Shown one piece after another: positions 1-12,115 of a DNA stretch of 64,000 bases (position 1 is the stretch's first letter; every line of letters begins with the position of its first letter). Origin of the DNA: Octopus sinensis. Lineage: Eukaryota. The DNA lies in assembly GCF_006345805.1 (NCBI RefSeq), contig NC_043009.1, forward strand, positions 44,702,001-44,766,000. The letters are read 5' to 3'. Below the pieces are notes generated by a model. The model searched no databases. It was not told the origin of the DNA and saw only the letters and a list, made by a program, of their open reading frames with translations. The position numbers and the translations under genes were made by a program.

Positions 1-1074
1 CTCCTTTAAAAGAAGGCAATGTGAATCAGAAACTATAGGACAAAGTTCAAGTTTCAATGGCACATAATTGTCTATTTAACGAGTGTTTCGTGAACGACGA
101 GGGGCGGGAACAGTGTATAATTTTTAAGTGTTTCGTGAGCTGCGTTGTCGAGCTCATATTCTTCCTTTGGTTTATGAAAGTTATACTTTTCAGCATACGA
201 TGTAAGTACATCTTAATGGAAACAGTTAACAAAATTTGTATAGAAGATTAAAAATTCATTCATATTATATTGAAATAGTCGGAATATTAATGTGAAATAT
301 ATGTTCGATGAATGCAAGTTATTGTCTCGATATTACGAGGCAATAACTAGACTTACTAAATTGGAATGTCTTAGCCTCAAACTATTGTCCTTTTCTAGAT
401 TCAGTTTACAAATAATTCATCACCCTTAATGTTCAAAATCATTTCAGGTGTTTAGCGACCTCTTGGATAGATCGCAAGGGATCAATATTAACCTGTCTAC
501 CAAGCTCTCGTCTAGTGATATGCTGCAGTTTATTTCCATCTACAATGCATGTTCTAATTCTAGTTAATTTCTCTTTTTGTACATTAAACGACCGTGCGAA
601 GAAGAGGCGAGGAGAATGGCTCCTTTAGTACACCGTACGGTCGATACAATATAGGCGAAAAGGATAAATGAGTATAAGTGCCAGAAGGAAAAGAGAGACA
701 CAAGCAAGTAGAATGTTTAAGAGAAGATTTTATTGATAGGATAACATGTGTGCCTGTGTGTGCGTCATATATACATAATAATAGACAGGCCGTCATGTAT
801 ACATAATGTTTATATAGAAACATAGATGTGTAACGGGAATAGGTTGCTTCTTGCACTTTTAGGGTGCAACTGGTGCATTCACAATTTCTGTTGCTTAAAT
901 TTCCAGATTCTACCAGTCAAAGAACACAAACGCGACAGTAAAAATATATACTCTTTATTGTTCTTATAACAGTAAGAAATAAGGTGGTATATTTGGTTCC
1001 ACTTGGTATGGATGTGGTAAGGCTGAAATTTTAACGCTTGTAACAATCTTACAAGTTCAGCAGCAAACCGAGCT

Positions 1075-1365
1075 GGTCAAATATGGCGTCCTTAGAGACC
1101 GAAGAAAATATGGTCTGCAACAATGTCTGGTGGAAAGCCTTCTATCCGACTGCTACGTGAATTAGTTGATCACACGTATGAAAATACGTGCTTTCCCTTC
1201 GGTCGCTGTGCTTCAAGTCATTCTGCTCACTGCTGCTATGCGTCTCCCTGTACCCTTTCTGGTCAAGGTTTTATGCTCCCTTGCCTATCAGCTAAATGCC
1301 ACATCATCTTTCCCTTCTTCCGGTCTTCGCGCATGCGCGAGAGGGCGTTGCGCGCGCGCGCTGTT
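1075..1365. promoter_or_regulatory. CpG-rich promoter-like segment (YY1-, ETS- and NRF1-like motifs)
   Basis: AATATGGCG at 1080-1088, CTTCCGGT at 1317-1324, GCGCATGCGC at 1329-1338 and a (GC)n run at about 1350-1361, in an otherwise CpG-poor AT-rich window. Confidence 0.5.
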
Positions 1366-1904
1366 GGATAGCGTCACTACAGTTGTATGCGTGTGCAATA
1401 AGTACAGAGCATTGAAAGAGTCTATAATATGACGTTAGAAGAATGTTCAGACACAAGGATGATAAATACCAGTTCGTAGTCAAGGTACACGATAGTTCAG
1501 GTGCTGTATCAAGAAATTGAGGCTGCAATACAGAGCCAGTTGAGGCACGTGTCGTGCGTGAAGCTGTGGCTACTATGCAGAGCCGGTTACTTGGTACAGA
1601 AGGTTCTCGCAGGTTGTGTTTGCTGTTACCATAGTGAAGTAATTCACGAACAGTGTTGAGATAGAACCTGTGCGACGTTTGCTTGTTGCTGTGTACGTAG
1701 AGAGATGTTGTTGACGACGTTAAGAAGACGGAGGCGATAGAGATGGAGGTCCTGAATGCTGCTGGACGAAGTTGATGGGTCTCCATGTGGCTGCTGTTGT
1801 CACTGGAACTGGCTGTATGCTCTGTCGTCAGTGGTTAGACCTCAAAAGGTCTAGAACCGAAAGACATCCAGACGGTGTGAGGCTAGCGTTTTATACTATG
1901 CTAT

Positions 1905-2110
1905 CGGCTCACCGGAAGTTTGGAAGAGACTGTCTCACGTGACCTTATCAGAAGGCTGCGATTGGTTGGGTCGCATATTGGCGCGCAATAGAGAAAGAGA
2001 CAAACTGCGCCAATACTAACCAATCAGAATAGTGGACACAACAGGGTCCAAAAGAGCGGCCGACGGCTAGCTGTTATCTACTACGTCCGTACTGGTGTAT
2101 ATATAACAGA
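1905..2110. promoter_or_regulatory. Second promoter-like motif cluster (ETS, E-box, four CCAAT boxes, TATA-like)
   Basis: ACCGGAAGT at 1911-1919, CACGTG at 1936-1941, ATTGG at 1961 and 1977, CCAAT at 2010 and 2020, TATATATAA at about 2098-2106. Confidence 0.45.
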
Positions 2111-5100
2111 GAGAGAGGAATTTCCCTAAGCGTACGCTACAGTACTTTGGATATATCAGTCGTCACTTAAGAGCTGGCACGACCTGGTAGCATATACCAT
2201 GCTTTCGATAATTGCTTTAGGGAGCTATGTAGATGCAAATAGGTATAGGTACTCACGATCTTAAGATCTGAATCCAACACCCTAACCACTTGGTTATGCC
2301 ACTTCACAAGAATTCAGATTTATAGAAGATGGAATGTTTGTGTCACTTTATGCTTTTGTGACTTGCATTAAGAACACAATGGAATGAATTGTCTAAAATC
2401 AGTCACCGAAACCAGGTCATAGACCCGGTTCATTGTGGGGATGTCTCGCATAACAATTTTCATCACAAACAAAAATAAGTTTTGCTTTCTTTTGATTAAA
2501 GTACAAAGATCTTAGCGTTTGTGTGTGTAGTTATTGTAACAAGTATGTCTCGAACTATGGCCATTAGTGACATAACTCCTGACAAATAACCGTGTATCAA
2601 CTTCTTGCTTTACCGTATTTGTTACAAGATATGTTACGCACTGATTAAATCCTCTATATGTTAAGTAAGTGGTTGTATAATCGATTGTAAGGCCCCTTGG
2701 CCAACAGATTTTGCATGTTTGCAGAAGAACGTATAAAAAAAACGCACTCAAAGTATTTTTAAAAAGACACGACTTAAAAGACCTAATTCCAAACATGATA
2801 AAGAGGTCCCCATTAAATTCAGGACCTCAAACAGTTTGAAGAGGGCCCTCAGACTTAAAACAGTCACCGTAGATTAAGAGGATCTCAGTTAAATTTAATG
2901 GCTTTTTAAATCTAAGAGGACTCAAAAATTTAACAAGAACTCTGTTGGATTAAAATAATGAAAACAAATAAAAAATATTACAAATTATTTATTGGATTGC
3001 TATACATATATTTAAAAGATTTTAACTACAAGCTTTAGGCTTCTTTGAGTAATAGGAAATTCAATTTTTTGGGCTCCATAAGATTGGAAGGTGGGGACTG
3101 GGCCACAGTCCATATTAGCTCATATAATAAATCCGGCACTGAAGATGGTGTATAGTAATTTTATACTTGTATTTATTTTATAGATTCTAAAGTTAACACC
3201 GGGTATGATTCGAAACTAAAACGCAAAGAAACCTAACTAAATATTCATATATCAGCAGGAGGGAACAATTAATATAGAAAACGCCAGTATATTACTAGTA
3301 TCTTTTTATCCATTACTCTCCGGAAAAAAAGTCACTTATAGACACCCTAACGGATCCAGGGCTGATGAAGCTTTTTAGCTGCTTATCTTGGAGAAGGTAT
3401 ACTATACTGGCGCTCAGTCGGTTACGACGATGAGCGCTCCAGTTGATCCGATCAACGGAAGAGTCTGCTTGTGTAATTAACATGCAGATGGCTGAGCATT
3501 CTACAGACCAACGTACTCATAACGTAGTCCTCAAGGAGATTCAGCGTGACATAAAACGTGACAAGACTGGTCCTTTGAAATACAGGTACAACTTATTTTT
3601 GCCAGCAGAGTGGAGTAGAACATCGTGAAAAAAGGAGTCTTGTTCAAGGACACAGCGCGCAGCCGGGAATCGAACTCTTGACATTACGATCGTGAGCTAA
3701 ATACCTCTTACCACTAAGCCACGTGCCTTCACCTAAGAGAAGGTAAGGACACACAAATCCTGTATCTGGTAACTAGTGGGTTCGTGGTATTTGTTGCACC
3801 AGACCAATACCGAACGTACTCACTATAACAATATTTATTGTACAGGTTGTTCTAAAAACCAAGGCATCAACACCGCCACACTTTCTTCATAAATCCAATG
3901 GCGACAGGAAAAGAGATGGCGGTGAGAGGTCGACGATGCTACAGGAAGTCTTCAGCTTTGACCCTGCACTCAGCAGCCATAGGGTGATGGTCGTTTCCCA
4001 CTGACTGGATCAAAAAATACTATGCAGTTGTGTCCTGTTGAACCCTTATTCGTCGAAGCGACGAGATATTCCATCATTTATCCACCCACTCGGTAAGAAT
4101 TGAACTTATATCGTAAATAAACACAACAAAGCATTTATTTTGTCGCCGTAGCCTTTGTTATAAATACATCAACCGACTTATATGTTGCAGTATCTCTGAT
4201 TGGTTCAGAAGTTCGCTTCGCAATCACGAGATCCCACTGCATTGCATCGTGGACAAATTGGTTTTATCATTTTTTAAAAATTTATACCTACACCTCAGGC
4301 CTACTTCAAACCTTGGGAATGAAACTAACTCGACGGAAACTGTTTAGGATCTCGTTGGGTGGATTGTAACTGCAATTTTAAAGATCTGGTTTTACCACAT
4401 AGTATGTCACACAGATTCCACCCAAGAATTACATTAAAGATGCATTTGTCTGTGGAATATTCAGCCACTTAGAATCTAATTCAGTGAGACAGGTAGCTTT
4501 ATTGATCGAACAACGAAATCCTCACGATCGGAAGTTTTCATCGGATTCTATATATTTTTTTCTTATTGTGTGACCAAAGTCATTCCTGAATAAACAGACC
4601 TACGAAGTAAAGCGTTCCATTGATGACCACCCCATCTTGTTTTTTTAAGGTATTTAAGGTATATGTGTCACTTCAACTATATCATAAAATGTGTCCTTCG
4701 TTTTTTAACACAGTAGGATATTATTTGAGGGAAATTTCACAACTCTTTCAGGTAGGTAGATCGATTGATGGAGGCTCCCTCGTTGGATATAAAGATGTTT
4801 TAATTATTGATGAGAAAGGAAAATAACCTTTATGTTTCGATTTGTTTCTTCTACATCCTGAATCGTCATCATCATCATCACCACAACCGCCAATACTATT
4901 AGTACTCCTACCATCGCTTCCGCTGCCACCACCACCGTCACCAGCCTCATCCTCCTCCACACCACCACCACCTCCTCCTCTTCTCCATTATACTCGTGCA
5001 ATTTAATTAACTTTATCCAGCCAATACTTCTCGCAACTGAACGATGTGTGAGTTTGGTTAATTTTATTTGTCCGGTTTCATTTAATCTCGTTCGTTGGTC

Positions 5101-5818
5101 GTCGACGTCGTCTTTTATTGACTTTTATTCACTTAGTTCTCGGCACAGTTTATTGTTGTTGTTGTTTTACAGTCTCTTGCCATCGAATCAACACATTTTG
5201 TTGTTTTTACTTTAATAGAAAGACACATCTTTAACCAAAAGTCACCATATATCGAACGGTTCTAGTAATAATAATATAAATAATATTAATAATATAATAA
5301 TATATAATAATCTTGATAATGCTAAAACTCTAGGGCTGTTTGTGTGTAACTGAAATATCTTAGAAATAGTATATTTTATCTTATTTTTTTAATACATTTA
5401 TTTTCATACATACCTTTGGCAGTGCAGTACAAAATTTTGTGATATTTGAACCTCTATTTAAACGAGTAAACACAATTTTTATTATTTCTTGATGAAAAAA
5501 AAATACATGGCTTCTATGACGTCAGCACACATACACACATACAGAATGCACACACGTATAGTGAATGTAATGGCGTGTCAATCAACACAAACACACGTTC
5601 GCTATCTGTGACATATACACACACATTGAAAAACCGTTGACCTTCTGATGTACACAATATTTTAATCATTAAAAATAGTTTTAACTGAATGTGATTTCAT
5701 CATGCGATGTTCGTTAATTTCCGTAAAAAATTCTTATTTATTTACTTTTGTTTTAAAGTGATAGAGAAGAGAAAGTGAAAGATGTATGTACGTGTGTATG
5801 AAATGGACGTGTATGTGT

Positions 5819-5856
<38 letters not shown>

Positions 5857-6448
5857 GAGAGAGAGAGAGAAAAAGAGAGAAAGTGAGTGAAGGGGTGTGT
5901 TGTCATGTATAGATACATACATCAATATATATATGCGTAAATCTTTTTTGTATGTACGTGTGCTTGTATGTGTGTGTGTGTGTGTGTGAGGGAGAGAGAA
6001 AGAGTGTCTGTGTAAGTGAGTAAACATATATGTTCTCATGTATGTGTAAGTGGCACACACACACACACACACACACTCTCTCTCTCTCACACACATACGT
6101 CCATTTATACACACGTTTATACATCTTTCACTTTCTCCTCTCTTTCACTTTGAAACAAAAGTAACAGGTGATTTTCAGGATAAAAGTTGTTTAAAAAAAG
6201 CTTCTGCTCATGTCCAATTAAATAAGTCCATAAGTTAGGTTAAATATATACACAAGCATAAGTACCGTGAATTCCCTTTCTACAAACTGGCAAACAATTT
6301 CGTGAATACTTTACCAGCAAAGCTAGGTAGTAGGTCTAGTATATATATATATATTGATAAAATCGGTAAGAAAGAAAGAGACCTCGATATTATGTAAATA
6401 GAGGAATTTATCTGTAAATGTAATATGTGACAATTATTCGGTAGCCAA

Positions 6449-6509
6449 GATAAAACTCCGAGTTTCGGATGCCGAGGTGGAAATCCACGCCACCATCTCT
6501 TCAGTTATC
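6449..6509 (-). ncRNA. Type I hammerhead ribozyme motif
   Basis: Minus strand reads GATAA-CTGAAGA-[GATG..GTGG ATTT CCAC..CATC C]-GAA-ACTCGGAGT-T-TTATC. Stem I is 5 bp, stem III is a near-palindrome, and the triplet is GUU. Confidence 0.75.
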
Positions 6510-8885
6510 CGGCCATCGGAAAAACGCTATGAAAAATTACCGTTATACAAAGGGAAATTACTGTGTTATTGACCGCTATTAAGACAAAAGAGCTATTCGA
6601 ATGACCACTAAGTAAGGTAAGGGGATAAAAAGTTCATAGTATTCGCGTAAGCGCGCCTGTTCATACCTACACATGTGCGCCCGCACACCCACGTGCGTAC
6701 GCATACATCATCCACCCTCACTTGAAAAATGTACACATCTTCATTCACATCCTTCGGAGTTTTATCTTGGCTACCGAATAATTGTCACATATTACATTTA
6801 CATATATATATATATATATATATTGCATACACACCACATACACATACACATACATACATACACAAAGAGAGAGAGAGGGAGAGCTAAACTAAATTCCTTA
6901 ATATTTGAAAATACCATCACCAATGTTGGTAAAGGAAATACAGAAAATAGAACCATATTATTCCAATTATGGTAGAATAACAATGGGGGAAAATATAAAG
7001 AGAAGATTCCGCGAAAAACTAAGAATGGCGTTAAGTCATGCACGATTGTATCAAATGTAATGTGAACTTCTTGAAAAATGTCTGAGTGCATCGTATAAAA
7101 GCATTGTGCTAATCATGTACAACAAATATAGTTTGTTTTTTTCATCGATCATTTTTCAAATCCAATTTATTCCGGTACAGCTTTTCGATCTGGTCTCGAA
7201 TTTCTAGACAGACTGAGAGCTTCAGAAAAGTAAAAACAAATAGAAGAAAGTGGGGGGATGAAAAAGAAAAGAAGATAAAGGAAAAGAGAAGAGAAAATTA
7301 AAAAAAAAGGAAAAGCAATGTTGATTAATTTTTTTTATTATTTAGTTGGTGCTAAAAATGTCTGAAGCTCTTTTATTGTTATGAAAGATGATGAAAAATG
7401 AAGTGGAAAATTAAGGAGTCTAGTTGTAGTTTGGCGAAGGCAAAAATAGATGAATTTGTTTGTAGAATGATAAAGATGTCTGAAGATAATGGCAACTATG
7501 ATGGATTTGGTGATATTAATATCAGGAATGACGAAATAATACCAACTGCCACTCAGCAAATGAATAAATGGATTTTGTTCATAAAAAAAGACACAAGAAT
7601 ATTTTACAAAGTGTTAGATAAGCTTACATCGTAAGATTTTGTTCAGGCCACTGCTTGATCAGCCCTTCATACTTTTCAATGCATCTAAACACCTAGTTAA
7701 GTGACATGGCTTCTGTCACCTGTATTTTCTTGACCAGTTTTCTTGACCTGTATTTTCTTGATTGCGTGTTTATTGTGGATGTTACACTATCTTCTGAAAT
7801 TAGAAACTTACAAGGTGCATTTCAGAAGTTACTTAACTTTTTCAGGAGAGACATTCATTAATTTGAAAGAAGTATAAATCACCAATCTCCTTTAATGCTT
7901 CAAAGTAGATCCTCTGACCTCAGTGCACTTGTAGTGCCCCAGCCACTTTGTGGAGGCTCCATGGAAGTCCTTTAAAGTGAAGATGTTCAGGACCGTTGTC
8001 ACATCCTCAACAAGGAGTAAAGTCTGGGCTGTAGAGAAAGTGAGGGACGTGGAGGCACATGGCCTAGTGGTTAAAGCAACAGACTCGCGGTCGAGGGATC
8101 GCGGATTCGAATCTCAGACCGGGCGATGTGTGTTTATGAGTGAAACACCTAAGCTCCACGCAGCTCCGGCAGAAGGTAATGGTGAACTTCTGCTGACTCT
8201 TTCACCACAACTTTCTCTCACTCTTTCCTCCTGCCTCTTGCAGCTCACCTGCGACGGACCGGCGCCCTGTCCAGGTGGTGAACCTATACACCAAGGAAAC
8301 CGGGAAACAGGCCCTTATGAGCCAGACGTGGATCGAGAAGGAACAAACAAAGTGAGGGACAGTTTTGATGTCCATCTCTGTCAAGTAGTTGATTACCAGG
8401 ATGGAATTGTAGAATGGTGTATTGTCCTGGTGCAGGTAATCTGGCCTTTTACGTACAAATCTCTACTTAATTCCACAGTAGGCGCAGGAGTGGCTGTGTG
8501 GTAAGTAGCTTGCTTACCAACCACATGGTTCCGGATTCAGTTCCACTGCGTGGCACTTCCTTGTGAGTGGATTTGGTAGACGGAAACTGAAAGAAGCCCG
8601 TCGTATATATGTATGTATGTATATATATATAAATTCATAAATGAGGGTGAAAAATTTGATATTAATTTAATAATACCATCAATTTAACACCAAGTGGCTT
8701 AGCACATAAAAACCAGGGATACAATACAAATTTATACATAAATATGAGAGAGCGACCACTATGTGGTCTACTCTAGTGCTAAAAATAGATCCACTATGGT
8801 ATAGCCACTAAAAAATTGTTTCCAAGGAGAAATAACATAACATTTAACGTGGGGCAAGTGAAAAATAACGAAAAAAATAGATTAA

Positions 8886-8957
8886 CCCTGAACAATAGTT
8901 TCACTATTAATGTAAATGCAATTTTACTTACACAACATCTATAAATCATCAGCAGGA
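8886..8957 (-). ncRNA. Degenerate type I hammerhead ribozyme motif
   Basis: Minus strand reads TCCTG-CTGATGA-[AT-rich stem II with TGTAAGT/ATTTACA]-GAA-ACTATTGT-T-CAGGG. Core and stem I are intact; stems II and III are imperfect. Confidence 0.55.
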
Positions 8958-9197
8958 GTTTGTCTTAAATACAATTTATTAAATTTTTTAGTGGCTATAC
9001 CATAGTGGATCTATTTTTAGCACTAGAGTAGACCACATTGTGGTCGCTCTCTCATATTTATGTGTATATATATATATATATAATATATATATATATATAA
9101 CGGGAAGCTTTATGAAAATAGACAAAAGACGAAGGCAGGTGGAAAACAAACGAACAATTGTATTAGTATGGCGCTCAGGAAATATAAATAAAACAAG

Positions 9198-9235
9198 TCT
9201 TTAACGTTTCAAGCCTACGCTCTTCAACAGAAAGA
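9198..9235 (-). ncRNA. Minimal hammerhead-like motif with variant core (CUGUUGA)
   Basis: Minus strand reads TCTTT-CTGTTGA-A-GAGC GTAG GCTT-GAA-ACGT-T-AAAGA. A degenerate homologue lies on the + strand at 49111-49147. Confidence 0.55.
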
Positions 9236-10111
9236 TACACAGAGAGAAAAAAAACACAGAAAGAAGGAGAGAAAAAAAATGCGTGCAGTAGCTAACGAAT
9301 CAATGTATGTGTGTGTGTGTGTTTATGTGCCTGTCCCCAAACATCGCTTGACAACCGATGGTGTTGTGTTTACGTCCCCGTAACTTAGCGGTTCGGCAAA
9401 AGAGACCGATAGAATAAGTACTAGGCTTACGAAGAATAAGTCCTGGGGTCGATTTGCTCGACTAAAAGGCGGTGCTCCAGCATGGCTGCAGTCAAATGAC
9501 TGAAACAAGTAAAAGCGTAAAAGAGAGTAATCCCCACTCAAAGTATTCTTTGTTGACCTCTGGCTAGAGGGAACTCAGTGGATGTTGATGGTGCCCTTAC
9601 TGTCGAGAAAGGAGATAATCATGAGCTTCCCAGTGGACTTGTTTGACTTGTCCTCTTGTGTCAATGATAAACAGCTGCTCGACTCATACAAGTTAACCTA
9701 TAAGCACCCTGGAGTGCAATTCATAAGTTTCTGTTGTGTTTTTTTGCCCAGTTCAACACAAAACTTTATTGCATAGCGAACTTCCAAATTGTCTTCATGT
9801 CCCGACTGTATTCTACTAAATAGTCAGCTGTGAAAAGTAATGTTTAGTAAGGTGTCCTCAAAGTAATGTTACAGTTGTCTTCTTCATTTTGGAATAACGA
9901 AAGTTGGCAGCACAGTCTGTTAGATGTCTAATAATAATAATAAACTAAAATTACAGTAATTTAGGACTGTTTATAACTGCTTCTCCTAAAAGCAGTCTCA
10001 AACCTGCTGAACTGTACTTCGTATTTGCATATTAGCATGTCATGTGCTGAATAGATAATAATAATAATAATAATAATGATAATAATAATGATAATAATAA
10101 TAATGATAATA

Positions 10112-10169
<58 letters not shown>

Positions 10170-10566
10170 TAAAACAGATAAAAACTGATGTTGTGACATT
10201 TCTCCCGTAACTTGAAGACAAAACCTCCCATTTAGGGGTGTTCAAATCTAAAAGAAGCTAATTTTAATGTTTGTAAAAGTAACGTTAAAGAGTGGATCGT
10301 GTCTTTGTTGCCAAATGGTGAAAGCAATGGATCTGTTTTGGTTTTGCTAAGTTTCCTCAGCGAAGAATATTCAGTAAAACTTGGTTCCACATGAATAGAC
10401 AGTTCATGTATACGAAAGGGATATGATATTTACTGTAGTTGGTGTCCGTCCATTCGTACGCATGCACGCACGCACGCACGTACGTATGTATGTATGCATG
10501 CATGTGTGTATGTGTATATATATATATATGTAAAATCAAAATAAGCAACAAGGATATCTAGAGGTA

Positions 10567-10660
10567 ATGCAGTACGATCGTTTCATGCGACTCCATTTAA
10601 TTGAACAATGCAATCATTTCATTGCATCAATTTAAAATGTAGAGCAATCTTCAGCTGCAC
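10567..10660 (-). ncRNA. Type I hammerhead ribozyme with long stem II
   Basis: Minus strand reads GTGCAG-CTGAAGA-[63-nt fold: TGC/GCA, CATT/AATG, AATTGA/TCAATT, TGCAAT/ATTGCA]-GAA-ACGATCGT-A-CTGCAT. Stem III is a perfect 8-nt palindrome and the triplet is GUA. The stem II closing pair is U-U. Confidence 0.8.
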
Positions 10661-11270
10661 AAAGACATAGAATTTAATTAAATTAGAACAGAAGGACACA
10701 TTAGTATAATTTTACCTAAAAATTCCCAGAAGTTAAGGAGATAGATAAAGAACATGTTGTACCAACAACATCATAGTTGTATATATATGTATGTATATAA
10801 TCGTGTCTATAGTCCTTTAGGATAGTTTCCATTTCTCCTTCGCCTTACCCATTTTTCTCTTGTCTTGCAGCTCCAAGGTTATGTTTTCTGCTGTATATGT
10901 ATTATTATCATTTTAATTGTTGTCTTTGTGTGGCCCGAAGCTTTTATTCTGTTTACTGTTTTGTCCCTCGTCCGTCCACGAACAGTCTCGTCTCGAACCC
11001 GTCTCGCTTTGCTCTGGTTTGATCCCATTCCCGGCAAGTTTCTTGCCGTTGCCTCCAGAGTGGAAGTAATATTATCGATAATGGTCGAAATTGCACTTGA
11101 CCCTCTGGCCGATAACTGAAGAAGAGTTGGTGACCTTCTGTGTTTTCTGTTCGTCTGTGTATTTAGTATATGTTCGTTTGTTTACTTACTACACGTTTTT
11201 TGGAATTATATATATATGTATATACAAGTATGTCATATTTTCCGTTTGATTGTCTTTTTATTTAATCCTG

Positions 11271-11430
11271 AAAGTGGCTGTGTGGTAAAGTAGCTTGCTA
11301 ACCAACCACATGGTTCCGGGTTCAGTCCCACTGCGTGGCATCTTCGGCAAGTGTCTTCTGCTATATCCCCGGGCCGACCAATGCCTTGTGAGTGGATTTG
11401 GTAGACGGAAACTGAAAGAAGCCTGTCGTA

Positions 11431-11480
<50 letters not shown>

Positions 11481-11692
11481 ATATATATGTGTATGTGTGT
11501 GTGTTTGTCCCCCTAGCATTGCTTGACAACCGATGCCAGTGTGTTTACGTCCCCGTCACTTAGCGGTTCGGCAAAAGAGAACGATAGAATAAGTACTGGG
11601 CTTACAAAGAATAAGTCCCGGGGTCGATTTGCTCGACTAAAGGCGGTGCTCCAGCATGGCCGCAGTCAAATGACTGAAACAAGTAAAAGAGT
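11271..11692 (+). repeat. tRNA-derived SINE family A (central microsatellite), representative copy
   Basis: Head GGCTGTGTGGTAAG..GGTTCAGTCCC (A/B boxes) and tail gtcaaatgactgaaacaagtaaaaga. Other copies lie at about 8481-9525(+), 12580-12980(-), 17322-17800(-), 23401-23790(+), 30893-31228(-), 43800-45090(+), 51195-51605(-) and 52575-52937(-). Confidence 0.9.
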
Positions 11693-11802
11693 ATATACAA
11701 GAATTAGAAAAAAAACCTTGGTACTGTGGAGTATATATGAAAATGTGAAGAAGAATGACTTTTTCTTATGATTATTTTCCACTTTAATGGTTAGCTAATC
11801 AT

Positions 11803-12115
11803 TATGGCTCAGTGGTTAGAGCGTCGAGCTTACGATCGAGCTTACGATCGTGAGGTTGTGAGCTCGAATCCCGGACCGGGCTGCGTGTTGTGTTCTTGAG
11901 CAAGGCACTTTATTTCACGTTGCTCCAGTTCACTCAGCTGTAGAAATGAGTTGCGACGTCACTGGTGCCAAGCTGTATCGGCCCTTGCCTTTCCCTTGGA
12001 TAACACTGGTGGCGTGGAGAGGGGAGGCTGGTATGCATGGGCGACTGGAGGGTAACTTTCTAGGTGCAATCCCATGGTCATTCATGACCGAAGGGGGTCT
12101 TTACCCTTTACAGTG
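11803..12115 (+). repeat. tRNA-derived SINE family D
   Basis: tggctcagtggttagagcgtc..gagctcgaatccc head and ttgagcaaggcac core; a related head occurs in the copy at about 3418-3732(-). Confidence 0.75.

Larger units (their letters stand above)
7809..9810 (-). mobile_element. Decayed mariner element split by nested SINE and hammerhead-bearing insertions
   Basis: N-terminus EVRYAIKFCVELGK at about 9740-9790, GKLMIISFLDSKG at about 9590-9640, and C-terminus plus TIR-like tacaaggtgcatttcagaagtt at 7809-7960. Confidence 0.65.

Noticed and set aside
3140-3385. Partial hammerhead cores (CTGAAGA at about 3140, CTGATGA-AGC/GCT at about 3362)
   Set aside because: No correctly placed GAAA, stem III or stem I; at most decayed remnants.
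4027-4093. AG...GTAAGA-bounded segment translating LCPVEPLFVEATRYSII, faintly like calpain 'PQFIVDGATR'
   Set aside because: No QGxLGDCW motif follows, the polypyrimidine tract is weak, and the similarity is at chance level.
7398-7634. 78-aa ORF with protein-like composition
   Set aside because: No recognisable domain or splice signals, and it lies next to transposon debris.
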